From assembly GCA_000182565.2 (NCBI GenBank), contig KQ257450.1: 64,000 nucleotides of DNA; one strand, given 5' to 3'. Both the position numbers and the translations under genes were made by a program. Positions 13,922 through 26,778 of this stretch are shown here, in pieces. Position 1 is the stretch's first letter, and every line of letters begins with the position of its first letter. The DNA comes from Spizellomyces punctatus DAOM BR117. Its lineage: Eukaryota. The notes below the pieces were generated by a model. It did not search any database, was not told the DNA's origin, and saw only the letters and a list, made by a program, of their open reading frames with translations.

Positions 13922-14446
13922 GCCTGATTACGGCAGGCTCTTCTCGTTAGGAACCGTCAATTGTGTTGCTCTTGCTTTCTGCAGACCCGCCTACTCACAC
14001 TTGCTCCTACGACCACAGCTGTGGGCCGTGTGCTTGTCTAACAAGGTTTGCTTTAAGACCCAAAAACAAAGCGACAACACGAAGGGTCTTTTACGCAACC
14101 ACCCTGCGTTCACGTGGACATGCATTGACGCCGCCACCAACAAGTGTGGCACTTATTTTAGAATGGAATCATTGACTTCCATCCCGATCAGGAGTCATTT
14201 ACCATATTTTGGGTAATATAAATGCATTAATTGCAAAACGCCAAACAAATACGGCAAACTTTCTTGCTTTAACCTTCTTATTATATATACACAAACAAAT
14301 AACATGCAATACCACAAAATGTTGCAGGAATCAAAGTAAGTTACGACACTTGACGAGAGCTCTAATCAATATCACTCTCTATGGCCGTCTAGCTATATAT
14401 CAACAGATTACATAACGCCTTGCCAGCATAATTAGACCAGTTTCTT

Positions 14447-14915
14447 CTACATCAAGAGGGCAAAAGCAGCGCCGAGGGCAGCGAGACCAACAGAGGCCAT
14501 GCCGGCAGCGGAAACTTTGACGGCACCGCTTTGGTTACCAGCCTGGGGTTTGGCGGTGCTAGATGGGGTGGACGACGAAGTCCTGGCGGCCGAGGTGGTG
14601 GAAGGTCTGGCAACCGCTAGATACACCACCAAAGTCAATTTCAAACGCGTCCATGACACACGCGCCAAAATGCATTGTTTACTTACTGCCAGAGGGCAAT
14701 GGGATGGGCGTAACGCTACCGCTGGGAATAGGCAAGGCCGTGAGGGTTCCGGGAATAGAAGCGGTGGCCGTGCCAGTGGCAACGGGAAGAGCGGGAAGAG
14801 TGCCAGTGGCAAGCTCAGTGGTAGCAGCAGGACCGTCCTCAGTGGTTTCTTGAGCCATGACGGCAGGGGCCGCAAGGGCAAGGACAGCAAGGACGAGACT
14901 CTTGTTAAAGTGCAT
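14447..14915 (-). CDS. Small Thr/Pro/Ser-rich secreted, probably GPI-anchored cell-surface protein (one intron)
   Basis: Signal peptide MHFNKSLVLAVLALAAPAVMA, T/P-rich body, omega-like NQSGA and hydrophobic tail VGLAALGAAFALLM; TATAAAA-like box on the minus strand near 14981-14987. Confidence 0.85.
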
Positions 14916-15446
14916 AATGAATGTGTGTTTATTGAAAGTGCAAGTAGGATGAAGGGGGGAATTCCAACAGCCGATCCCCTTTTTATATCCGTTCTAAAAC
15001 CGCCATCGGCTGCCCTGCGCCGCTCCGCCCCCTTTTGCTCCTTCCCGCCCTTGTTAAACCCGACAAGCAACAGCAACAACAAAAAGTCTTGGCCACTTTT
15101 CCCAACACAGCGCTCGATGACGAGAACCGCGCCCATCTTCCAATCTCACCTAATATGACTCATTATGAACTAAGCCCCCGTCCCGCAAAAATAAGCGCGC
15201 AAAATCGCTGCAAATTTTTCGCTGTTCCCCTCAGCCGCGAACCCATCCCTTGCCGCTTTACATCCGCGACCACGGACTCCTCTCCCAAAGTGGGCAATGA
15301 TTATCAACGTCACAGCCACATGGAAGCTTATGCGCCCACGTCCCATCCACGTGCACCGCGCTCAATGAAACGGAATTGGATCCAAAAGTGGCAATTCACA
15401 TTCCATTCCTGGATTATTTTGGCGACTGAACACGGACCAGTGACGT

Positions 15447-17948
15447 TTAGTTCCAGATCACTCCCGTCAGTGCTCGGCGATAGCTCGTCAATAAGTGATC
15501 GTCAATCATGCGTGCGTTCATGGTAATCTCTGAAAAATAGTTTGGCATGGATCGGAGCAACACATGGCGTTGTTGTTCTTGCGGAGCACTGTGGCCATCG
15601 TCGCCTTGCCCCTCGCTTTCCAAGCCATCTGCCACAGCCGTTTGAGCGCTTGGAACCACGTCGTCTTGTGGGGACCCATCTTTCCATTCTCGCAAGTAGT
15701 AGAGCATGGCAGGTGTCAGTAGCACCTTCATCTCGCCTTCATCACATGGCGCACTGCCATCGCCGGGGCTGCCCGTGCTCCGTGATGCCGTCGCTTCAAC
15801 CGATTCGGACACTGGCGCCTGCTCTACATTCGTCGCTTGGTTGCCTAAATCAATCTCCAGCTTGCGTGCTGTGTGCCGCTTCCAGCGCATGTAGCCAACT
15901 TGGCTAAAAGCTGCTATTGCGGCTGAAACGAGCGTGAATCGGAATGTGTACCGACGGAGAGCGATCCGAGAGGCATACGTCAATGTAACTGTCAGAAGCG
16001 TGGATGTTTGCCCAATGTCCTACTCAGACAGTCAGTGGAACATGTCTTCTGAAAGCCTGTATGAGCAAAACATACCTTTTTCAAATCTGTCATCCACTGC
16101 ATCAACCGGCGTCTGCATCGCTGCAGCACCGTAGGTTCGGGCGGAATGAGTCCTGCTTCCTGCAGTGACACCACAGTTTCGCCCGCAACTTCAGCGACTT
16201 GGACGACGGTTCCATGTGCAGTGGTTGCCACTGTTGCAATAGTCTCTTTGGCCGCGCTTCTGCAACAACAACAAATGCTTCAATGTTCAACTCGCCTCCT
16301 AGTACCCCGCACAAGTGCACTTACGCAACGCTCCCGACGGATCTGCGTACTGTACTGACTACCTCGCTCTCCCAAGCGCGGATCACAAAACTTGTTCTCG
16401 GATTCGCCTCCAAAGCACCGTAGACGCTTTCCATCTGCTTATGCCATGCCTCGCTCAACAGTTTTCTATGCTGATTTTCCTTGCTAAACTTTTGCAACTC
16501 TCGCAACAGCCAAATGAGATTTTTCTCGCTCAGGGCAGGTACAACATCGTAACCAAGTACAAGAGAATCGACGACTTGTTCCGCGCGGTAGGTTAGGTCT
16601 TCTGTGCATATCGCGGGAGTAGCAAAACATACACCGCGTACAGATGGGAAATGTTCTTTGTAAGGCGGGGAGGTAAGAAGTAAGGTGAGAAGGGAGGCAA
16701 TGCCAGCTCCCAGGCTGTGTCCAGTCACAATAATGTCAAAATTGGGATGAATGTGACGGAGATGAACCAGTTGCGGAAAGACGCGTTCGAGGAGCTTATG
16801 TGCAAGGTGTGACATGCCTTGATGAGCATATCCGCCAAGGAAAGGCTCACAGTCCATTTTGAGGTCAATGACTGCATCGTGTAAGCTGGCTGTCCCGCGT
16901 ATCGCAATAATGATCTATGCAATATTCGGTACATAAATATTCAATCCCTGACAGCACTCGAGAAGCCACACCCACCTTCCAGTTATTCACATCAACCGCC
17001 AAAAAGAATGCAGGACAGTCTGCACTGGATTCGTGCACAACATCAATAATCGCGTCTGAGGACCGAAGATTTGGACAGCGTTCCAATATGGTTTTCACGT
17101 CTGGATCATACGCTGCATGTGCAAAATCGATACAGTACATGAACCTGTTTTGAAGGATTAACAGCCTTGTCCAACTGACAAAATGATCGCTTGCTTTCCT
17201 CGCACCTGACTTTACCTCTCGTACGGTTCCCGCTCAGTGACACGCGGCATTTGTTTAAAGATATCCTCAGAGTCTAACGACACCTCGTCGTCAAGGCGTT
17301 TCTGGATTTGATAGTGGCAATACATTCCAATGCACAGCAGGAGCTCGCCGATATCTAATGGCGGTACCTGTACAAACGCGTGAGCAAAGTATTGGTACTT
17401 TCTTGACCCAGAAATCCATAGCTAACCTCATGTGCATTCCTAGACAATACAGTCATCAGCAACCCAGCAACATCTCGAAACATCTCCACATCAAATGGCA
17501 ACGCATTCTTGACCGCCTCTGCAACATTCTGCACTCCCGTTGTTACTGTTTCACCCACAGTCTGAACGCCCGTGACGACTGCTTGAGACGCCACGACAAC
17601 TGGTTGGGAATTGACTATTGTCTCTGCTGCGACGGACACGGTTTGCGGGACCGTTGACATTGAGACTGTGATCTGTTCCGTTAGAGATTGGGGGCGGGCC
17701 AGTGGAGGTGTTGGTAAAGAGTCGATGTAGGTTGGAAGGCGTGTGAGGTGAGAGGGTAGAAAAGCTGGTAGTGACGTGGGTCTTGGTGGAATGCTTGTGG
17801 ATGGATCGGTGTTCAATGCTGGTTGCGGTAGTGAGGAACTCTTTTGTGGCGATGGTTCGTCCGCTTCATCGAGTTGTTGAGTATCCAAAGATCCCACTAA
17901 TGGAGATCCACCAGTCCTCTTTGAGGATATCATACTGTTTGCACGCAT
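15447..17948 (-). CDS. Lipase class 3 (diacylglycerol-lipase-like), multi-exon
   Basis: AHQGM, TGHSLGAGIA nucleophile elbow, FATPA, DVVP, and C-terminal MIDDHLLTSY (catalytic His). Confidence 0.85.
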
Positions 17949-18495
17949 TACAAGTAGGTTTGTTTAAACAAAATTGGGAGAGCTGGGGCGGAAGACACGA
18001 CAGTCAGTTTATCTAAACGCTTTAGCATGATGTCATCCCTCCTGGCACGTGATCATATTGCCTGAAGATCCTTTCTCGTCTTCAAACGATGTTTAACCTT
18101 CGAGTGAAGAACAAAGGATTTTTGGAGGAAAGGTTTGAGCATTCGCAGCAAGTTTTCTGCCCACTAAAAGAATCAAAGATGGAAAGGATTGCATCCTAGG
18201 CCTAGTAATGTAGCGCTCGAGCTTATGTCCTGCCTTACATATTGTGCATAGTGCAGATGAGATCTTTGAATAATGAAGATGTGATAAAGATGCTTGGCAG
18301 ATGATACCCAAAAAACCTTTCTTAAACCTCCCATTGAAATGCTTTCAATAAAGTACGCAAATGAACAAGTCCATCGTTCGCCATAACGCGCGGCAAATAA
18401 ATTTGGGTTAGCATTTCCCCACACAAGGTTTTGACGCAAGCTTCGCAACACCTTTCCACCAACAAACGCTTTAAAGGAACGCATCTTTTATCACA

Positions 18496-19223
18496 ATGTA
18501 CGATGCAATCTTGTCTGCCCTTGGCGACGACGAAGGTATCCCCGTTGAACCCCGAACAGACTGTCCTCACGTCAAAGACGCGGTGACACCTCTCCCATCC
18601 AAACCACATATCTCAAGTACGTAAAAAGACGATTGTAACAAGACCTTACTTGTTGATTCTTTTTAACAAACTGAACCAACATTTAGTTAAAACACCCTGC
18701 ACATCCTGCCAAGATACCTCTGAAAATTGGGTATGCGTAACTTGTCACGACACGTTTTGTTCGAGGTATGTCAACCTTTTCTCGTTTATGATGATCAAAA
18801 GCAGTCAGTACCTCACAAACCATCAAAAGATTTGTACAAGGACATATGCAGGTGCATTTTGATCAAGGTGATCAGAGTTTGCGTATGCTCATTTTCGATT
18901 TGTGTAAGCTGACTGGTTTTTTTTTTTTGCAAGTCCGTCACCACATTGCGGTTAGTTACAGCGATTTATCAACCTGGTGCTACACATGCAACGACTACAT
19001 TGACGACCCGGTAATTGAAAGTTTTCTTTTTTTATTGCTGTACCATCATTCTCAAATGCGAGCATAGGCCGTCGATCCAATTCGGTCCCTTCTCCACAAG
19101 GAGAAATTTGGGGAGCCTCTTCCAGAACGAAAGCGAAACGATCAGGCTGGGTCTAGTACTCTTTTGGTCACGATGCAGGAAGCTGGAGATGCCAAAGGAA
19201 AAGGAAAAGGACGGGCAGTGTGA
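18496..19223 (+). CDS. Stand-alone ZnF-UBP (BUZ) ubiquitin-binding protein resembling the HDAC6 C-terminal finger; 4 introns
   Basis: Spliced peptide DCPHVK..PCTSCQDTSENWVCVTCHDTFCSRFVQGHMQVH..HHIAVSYSDLSTWCYTCNDYI..HKEKFGE; stop TGA at 19221-19223. Confidence 0.85.
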
Positions 19224-19434
19224 ATAGTTGGATATATATTTTTTTTTTTTGAAGAGTGGTTGCATCATGCTGACCTGTTGAGGCCTCTTGACCATTCCTG
19301 TGATGTCAACCTAATCTACCGTTGCCCGGCGCATAAGAGAAGGCATCTAACCAACCAAGAAACCGACATCACATTCATGATTCATGTATTACAGTTTGAC
19401 CAAGAATATCGGCGGCGGTATGATAAACACTATT

Positions 19435-20909
19435 CTACGCCTTTTTGGCCAAATACTCTTTCCACCACTGCTCAAATGGTACGCACGAAACATTGATTCC
19501 GATTTGCTCCAGCCGTGTAGTCGCAAGATGTGCATCGTGTGGGCGTGATGCTGCTAACAATAATGAGAAAAAGTAAGAGTATATGGGAACAATGGATACA
19601 GACCAACAGGTTCCTTTGGAGCGTCCCGCAGTGGTGTCAAATGCGAATAAGGAAGATTTGAAAGTTTTGCTATCGTTTCTGTATGAGCGTCATCAGAGTT
19701 TGAGACATTGATGCATTATCGCTAGCAAAAACTTATGATCCCAAGGAAGGCATACCGCATATACTGTATTTACTCATCTTTTCCTTGGAGCTGAAATGGT
19801 AGATTCCAGACAGCTGCTGCTTGTTCAATGCGACCTTGTCTAAATTGCGTACATGATGGAATTTAACATTTGGTGACTAAATGATCAAAGAAGCATTGAT
19901 ATGATGAATCTAACCTGCCATTTGTTTGAGGATTTTGGCCACATCAGCGACATTTGTTGGATACCGGACTTGATAGTCATCCATCGAAACTGGCGCATCC
20001 GACTTCTGTAATAAAGTAAAAGTTGTAAAAGGTCCTACATTCAAGACTGCTATTCTGGCCACACATTCCATCAATGTACCTTAATCACATCGAGGAGAAC
20101 GTTCACCGCCGATTCGCCATTATATTCCACTTCTCCGTATAGAATCGGTACGCGTAGAATCGCTGCACTTGGATTCACTCTTTGCACAGCTTCTTCTCCG
20201 GCGTACTTAGTTTGTCCTAGACAAGAGGTCTCAATCGCACGAATGGACAATACATGAATAACCCAGAAATCGGCTTCTTACCATAAAAGTTCAAGGGGTT
20301 CACCTGATCTTGAGGTTCGTAAGGAGGGTTTGTCCCGTCAAACACGTAATCGGTAGATATGTAGACTAGCCATGCGTTATTGTCCTTTGCAGCTTGGGCA
20401 AGATTCTCTGTTGCAGCAACATTGAGCTAGTTTAAAGCAAAAGGATGAGTATCTTATTATCAATGCTCTTGTGCCCTGTTCATGAACCCACCTGTTGAAC
20501 TCCCTCACGATTATTTTGTGCTACATCTGGTCGACGCTCTGCCGCGCAATGAATGATAATTTGGGGCTTTTGCTCTGCTACGAACGCCTTCACCGCTGCA
20601 AAGTCGGTAAGGTCCAACTACAAATGACGGACCATACAACATATAAGAATGCAGAGGGCTAAAAGAAACCATTAAAGAGACCCGAGAGAGCAGATCTCAC
20701 CTTTCTCAAGTCTTCTGTCGCCCTTGAATAGGCCGTTCCAACGACTGTATTATGAATGAAGAGTTACATTCCCTATGAAACCTCAACAAGGCCCATATAC
20801 ACGTACCATCATATCCTCCTTCCTTGAACGCTTTTACGACGGCGCGACCCAGTAGTCCCGAAGCGCCAGTGACGACCACACGAGGAGGGTTCGATACGAT
20901 GAGCGGCAT
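19435..20909 (-). CDS. RmlD-like NAD(P)-binding SDR (methionine adenosyltransferase II beta / dTDP-4-dehydrorhamnose reductase family), multi-exon
   Basis: VVTGASGLLG Rossmann motif, HCAAERRPD, YISTDYVFDG, YGQTK, LRVPILYG, RYPT and RPHDAHL; stop at 19435-19437. Confidence 0.88.
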
Positions 20910-22132
20910 AGTGTTGTTTGCAATTCGGCAAGAGCCAGTAAGCTCGAACATTGGGACTTTGCCGTGAGATGAGTCACGTCGGTTGCGTAATCGATCGCCA
21001 GCCTCACGCTGGCGTCTTGCATGCGGGCGCTGACAGAGAGCGTAGGTGAAATTCCAACTTCTGAAGCTTGTAACAGCAATATATCGTAACATATTCAGCC
21101 ATTACGAGATGCTGTTGAGTGCTTTCTTTGTGTATACTAAAAATCCAGGTTTAGCATCTTGATAGATGGACATACAAGTTGTCGTGCATAACATGACCTT
21201 CTCTCATAGATGGACATACCGCTCTATTTGTGGATGGGGTAGAAACTGTTTTGAGTAAGATCATCTACTAGTAGGTCGACCATCTTGCAGTCTTCCAGAA
21301 CAGCTACCAGCGATTGCATCCACCATCGACTTTCCAGAACTGCCCTACTATGGAAAATATACCGGGAATTGTTGCTCACAAATGCGGAATATTCGACACT
21401 ACCTACAGATTGCACCATGTGGATATGTGAAATTGGAATACCGTAGATCCGTTTGTGGCCAACGACAAGCCAATAGTCGCTCTACACTCTCTCAGCCGTG
21501 AAATTTCCTACCAGCAATCTAAACATAACGTACGCCGGTCAAACACAGACTCTCGCTTGCAATCTCATCTCTACAATGTATCAAATGAAATGGTGCACGT
21601 ACACACTCTTTGATCCCGCTGTCGATATTGAAGATCTACACAAACCCAAATCTCCCCAGTCCGAGCTGAAATAAGCGTAATGCAAAAACTGGAACCAGCA
21701 TGGCGTGAGATGGCGAGGTGCCAAGCAGCCAACGTCACTGACAGAACTTTGGATGGGGTCGATATTGCCTTTCCTTTGGAGACCGCGTGTTCATGATGCA
21801 TTCGACAGACTCGCATCGTGGACAGGGACATTGTGGTGTGCCAGATCCACTGTAAACTCTCTTGGTAAAGAGCACTCCGTTCTAGTTTCCATTTATGATG
21901 CATACGACGTACATGCCTACGACGACAGCTATCTCATCACATTTGTTCGATGCTACCTGCATTTTGGATAGATGCTGGCCTTGCCTAGAAAGTTAAAGTA
22001 AGAGCGGAGTACGCGTTGCTAAGCCACTAAGTAAAGGCCGTTTTTTGACAGCTGCAGTCTTGGATGGAAAAAAGTACCTTATCTTTTTGGAACTTTTTCA
22101 GACAGGTTTTCAAAATAAGTGAAAAGAAAATT

Positions 22133-23558
22133 ATGGATGTAAATAAGGAAGCAGTTGAATTGATGTCCCCGCAAGTGTCCGAGCGCTCTTGCGAACATCC
22201 CGTACTGATCCTTACGACCTCATTCATCGGCAACATACGGCTTTTCATCTCGCCTACAGGGTGAGCACTCTGCCAGTAACATCATGAGCAATTCGAAAAA
22301 GAGTATGATCAAAGCATTCAAGAAAGCGATTTCGAACAGTTTTTCACGAAAGCGCCGACATCAGAGTCTAGTACGCAGGTGGTGGAACGTATCAGAGGAA
22401 AGCGAAGTCTCGGCCTCTCCCAGCTTGGCCCTGGATCCATCAAGGCCTGTCCTTTCCACGTCAGGTCACTCCCACACCGGCAGCAACATAGAGGTCAATC
22501 TAGATGAGCCGACCACTTTGCAAAAGCGTCGCATGGCAGAACGAATGCTCTGCTTCCAGGATCCCATCACAGGAATTTGGGGCCGGGTGCCATCGGGGTC
22601 GAGCCACAGTAAAGCGTCGACCAAGAATAAACAACACCGTGCTACTCTGCTTGATGTGAAGATACCTACTCCCTCTTTATCCATACCATCTGAGCATGTA
22701 CTTTCCACAACAGTAGACCGGAGCAAACGTAGTGTCGACATCCCTCCAAGACAATTATCATCCACCGTATCTGTTCGTCGAAAATCGTCTCTCTTTTTGT
22801 CACGATCGACATCCCAGCGCACATTTCTCACGACCCGATCCCGATCCCGTTTGTCAAGATCTGTATCCCAAGCCTCCACCGGCACCAAGAAAAGTGCCTG
22901 CTCTCAAAACCGTCGGCGAAATGCGGCCATGAAGGCGCTGACGTCCATTACGGTGCTGGTACAAGAAATGCTTGACAAGCAGATGGTGATATCCGACGAT
23001 GATCTAGAGGTTGTCACCGAGCATGTTGCCATGCTGCAAAAAGTTGTGACGGAATTAGAGACATCAATAGCCAGGGATAGTATCGCGCGACGGTCCACCT
23101 TTGGTAAAAACGCTGGGGGGAGGCCCCTGCGGTTTGCCAGTATCAATACCAAAGGCGACGGTGTAGAGACGTCACCTCATCCAGAGACGATGGACAATAG
23201 AGAATGGGAAGACATTCATGAATCCGAACCTGTAATACATACTGGACGCTCCGAGGACCAACCTTCATCAGCGACCGCCTTGTACCCTCACCCATTACGA
23301 TTATCCACACATGCCTCATCTTGCGCAGAGATTGACTCATCAGCCCAAGGTTCCACCCATGAGTCAGATGCCGACCAACGTCGGCAAATTCCGATGGCTG
23401 TACGGCCATCACAGCCATCCTCGTCCGCATCCATTAAAGCCTACCGAAAAGTCATTCTCCGCAGCAACATCATCATCACTAATGACACCAAGATAGAATA
23501 TCCTGGCCAGAATATTTCAATTTACAAAGAATCACCTACTTGTAGAAATGGGGAGTAA
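22133..23558 (+). CDS. Hypothetical Ser/Arg-rich protein with a short coiled coil
   Basis: 424-codon ORF 22284-23558, with a possible upstream exon from ATG 22133 via a GT..CCTACAG intron; no recognisable domain. Confidence 0.55.
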
Positions 23559-24473
23559 AATTTAGGGACGTTGGTATACAATAATGGTCATTGTAATTTT
23601 AATGCCATACTTGGCCTGTTGTGGTCTTTCAACATGCATGACAACAACCCAATTAGGCATCGTATTTAAGCTTTTACGAGTGTCCCTCGTAGGGAGACAA
23701 GTGAATGCTTTCAATAACACATATGAGGAATAACGTTAGTGCGCGGCAAGCTGGAATGTCCGTCCGTGCATTAAGCGTTATCAACATGATAAACATTGTT
23801 GACAACTTTCGACACACATGGTGCAACCGAGGGTGCAACCAAGGTGGGAAAGGACAAACCGCCGTCCGCCCCCTTCCACCCAAAAAGCTGCCCCCACCAT
23901 CAAGAAAAAAAAAACAAAAGTCGGGGGGAATGTGCGCTGATCGACGGCCTCGTGAAAAGGAGAGGCCATAACATGACTGTGCAAAGTGGGTTGCCAAGCA
24001 ACGGGAAGTGTTCCAGTGTTCAAATTGTCCCCTCGCCAAGTGTTCGTTGATGCAACACACACACACAAGAAACAAAGTGTGTGGAAAATGGGAGGAATTG
24101 CGCAGAAGTTTAATCCCGCAACCCACGGACGCTTTTTGAAACCTTTTTTTTTTTTTTACTTGGCCCCGTTTGAAGGAAACCCAAAAAGACCAAAACCGCT
24201 TGCAAAAAGCGACTGCAAAATTACTATTTTGACAAATAACCAAAAGTGGGGAATGAAGTGCGCGGTGTTTCTTTCAAGTAGTTCATGTGGGACGCACAGA
24301 AGGATGGAAAGTGCAGAAGGGTGGGGATTGAGGTTTGCAGCAAGAAGATAAGCACTCTTCCCATTTACAAACGACAAGGACGACGGTTGACAACTACAAG
24401 TCTTCTTGTTCAAGCAATGTGCTTTTAGTTGCAGTGGATTCTGGTCAATGTCCGATATTTGAACCCATTTTCT

Positions 24474-26531
24474 ATGACAATTGTGGCTCCAGTAAAAACA
24501 ACTACAACCACGACAGCCGCGGCGGTAGAACATTCCGCCTCACCGGTCCGTTCTTTGACCGACACGGAGGACACTTCAAGACTCGTGCGGGCCACGCAGT
24601 CTCGTAAGGCAACCTCTGTACCTCCAAAGCCGGTAGTCCCAAGTCTCATCGCACCAGGGAATTCCTGGCATACCGCTGCAAGTTCTGCTTTGTTTCCTAC
24701 AAAAAATCTAAACGAACCCTACGATGGGAGTCTGTCGACCTGGCCTATGCCTTCACCCACTCTTGCATCAACAGCTTTTGTGATCGAAGACCTGGGACGA
24801 GGTCAGGAAACGTCCACCACATCAAATACGGTTGAGTCAGCTCTTGCGACAGAAGGACCTACCAGGTCCTCGTTTCAGAAGAAGCTTGGAAAGGATGTGA
24901 ACGGGAGATTGGCATCTCCTGTAACGGTGACAAAGAGTTGGGAATGGTCTGGACTGCAAGAGACAACACCATCTCCAGAGGATCTGCAATCTACAAAAAA
25001 AGCGCTACCGACACCCACCGACCTGTCGCGGCCCCGCCTCTTAGAGTCCCTTTCGAATTCCCCCTTGATTGATTTTCCCAATAATTCCGAGAGTCTACCT
25101 ATTGGCAATTTACTACCTTCACAGCTGCCAGAACCGGTAAACGGAATCATTCCATCAATACCCCCGCTCGTCCCGAGTCCGTCTAGCGATCCTGTGACGC
25201 CGCCCACTGATGTACCAAAGATACCCTCACCGGCGGCGAACCCACCGAGTGTTCCCAATGGCCCGACTACATCAATCACCTCTGGCCCCACTCTTCCTAT
25301 TCCTTCGCTGCAGCCTGACTTGCCTCCACTGGAGAATAAGCCAGGAGTTCTTCAGCCACCTCGTTCCGGTCTTGTTAGTGCACCGAGGCCAGCCGCCGCA
25401 GACTCAGGTAACGGTGGAGACTTGTTGGGTGGGCCACCGCTATTACCACCCACGGCAGGTTCCCCATCCCTCGGGGCTGTTCCTGACAACGCTGGCGTTG
25501 TCAATGGAAATGACGGCAAGGGGAAGGACGGAAGCGGCATTAAAGGGGGGGACAGACCTGGAACGACGGACACCACTCGTAAACTGGACGCGGAACGAAC
25601 AGGCACCTGGCACCCGTCGGTCGGCGTCATCTTTGGCGTGGCACTGGTCTTCTTTATAGGGCTTGCGGCGGCTGTAAAGTATCGAAAACGGCGCAGACCT
25701 CAACGACTGACTGATCGCGAGTCTTCTGTTAGTGGTAACGGGACAAGGAAGGAAGATGTGACGATAATTAGGCCAAAACCGCCCCCCTTGGAGCCCGTAC
25801 ACGCCATGATCGCGGTTCCAGCGCCGCCACCAACCCTACCGCTGCAATTGGATGCCTTTGCTCCTGCACTTGCGCCTATTGCATCTGTTGAACAACCAAA
25901 ATACCTGAGTGAACGTGGCGATACCGCACCAGAATTTTCGACATTGGCTTCAGATGAGAATCACGTTCTCTGCAAACCTGCACCCGTCGTTGATGTTTCA
26001 AACATCAAGCCGGCCCCTTTGCCCTCGTATCCCACCTCAATACTATCTGAATCGACTGGAAGGGATGCGGATTCCATTCAGGATTCTTTGTCACTCCGAC
26101 CAGATGCTTACCTTGTACTGTCACCGTCTGGAGCAGTCTATGAGACGGATGAGGGCACATTAGAGACTGGACAGAACGCTTCTAGAGCATCCGTGCAACG
26201 ATCCTCTGCTTCTTCCTCAGATTACTCCAACCTTTCAATCGCTCTACATGCGATGCAACAGCCAACAAACCAATCATACCCATCCAGATCACTTGAACGT
26301 GGACGGCCAAGAGGCTTGTCGACATCGACTTTTGCTACATCTGTTACGTCGGTATGGGAAACCGATACAGAGTACAGTCTAGACTATGAATCTATTGGGG
26401 ATGGGCGGTCGGATCGGAGAACGTCGGATGTTGAAATGTGCGAGTATCAAGAGATTGATAGTGAAACGGAGAGTATCGCATCGGGAAGTGTGGTACAGGT
26501 TGTGGTAGAAGCAAGGCGTTGTAGCTCGTAA
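24474..26531 (+). CDS. Pro/Ser/Thr-rich single-pass membrane protein (mucin/sensor-like)
   Basis: About 690-codon ORF with TM segment GVIFGVALVFFIGLAAAV, then basic stop-transfer KYRKRRR and a Ser-rich cytosolic tail; true start uncertain. Confidence 0.7.
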   Translation: MTIVAPVKTTTTTTAAAVEHSASPVRSLTDTEDTSRLVRATQSRKATSVPPKPVVPSLIAPGNSWHTAASSALFPTKNLNEPYDGSLSTWPMPSPTLASTAFVIEDLGRGQETSTTSNTVESALATEGPTRSSFQKKLGKDVNGRLASPVTVTKSWEWSGLQETTPSPEDLQSTKKALPTPTDLSRPRLLESLSNSPLIDFPNNSESLPIGNLLPSQLPEPVNGIIPSIPPLVPSPSSDPVTPPTDVPKIPSPAANPPSVPNGPTTSITSGPTLPIPSLQPDLPPLENKPGVLQPPRSGLVSAPRPAAADSGNGGDLLGGPPLLPPTAGSPSLGAVPDNAGVVNGNDGKGKDGSGIKGGDRPGTTDTTRKLDAERTGTWHPSVGVIFGVALVFFIGLAAAVKYRKRRRPQRLTDRESSVSGNGTRKEDVTIIRPKPPPLEPVHAMIAVPAPPPTLPLQLDAFAPALAPIASVEQPKYLSERGDTAPEFSTLASDENHVLCKPAPVVDVSNIKPAPLPSYPTSILSESTGRDADSIQDSLSLRPDAYLVLSPSGAVYETDEGTLETGQNASRASVQRSSASSSDYSNLSIALHAMQQPTNQSYPSRSLERGRPRGLSTSTFATSVTSVWETDTEYSLDYESIGDGRSDRRTSDVEMCEYQEIDSETESIASGSVVQVVVEARRCSS

Positions 26532-26778
26532 AGACGAGATATTTGTAAATATGACCTTCTTTTGGAGCACTTTCACCTCGCTGTCGCTATCAAAGCATTT
26601 GCTTCTTGCTCTGGTTACATAAGCTTGTACCACGTGATTGCTCCAAGAGGTGTGGAGGTCGACGGCCTTCTTGGCTTGCCATCATAAGACAGGATCTGGG
26701 TCATTCGCTTTTTCATAGCCTCATATTGTTCAGTACAGCAACCGTAGCTGCGACACAGATTGAAAGTAGACCATAGGG

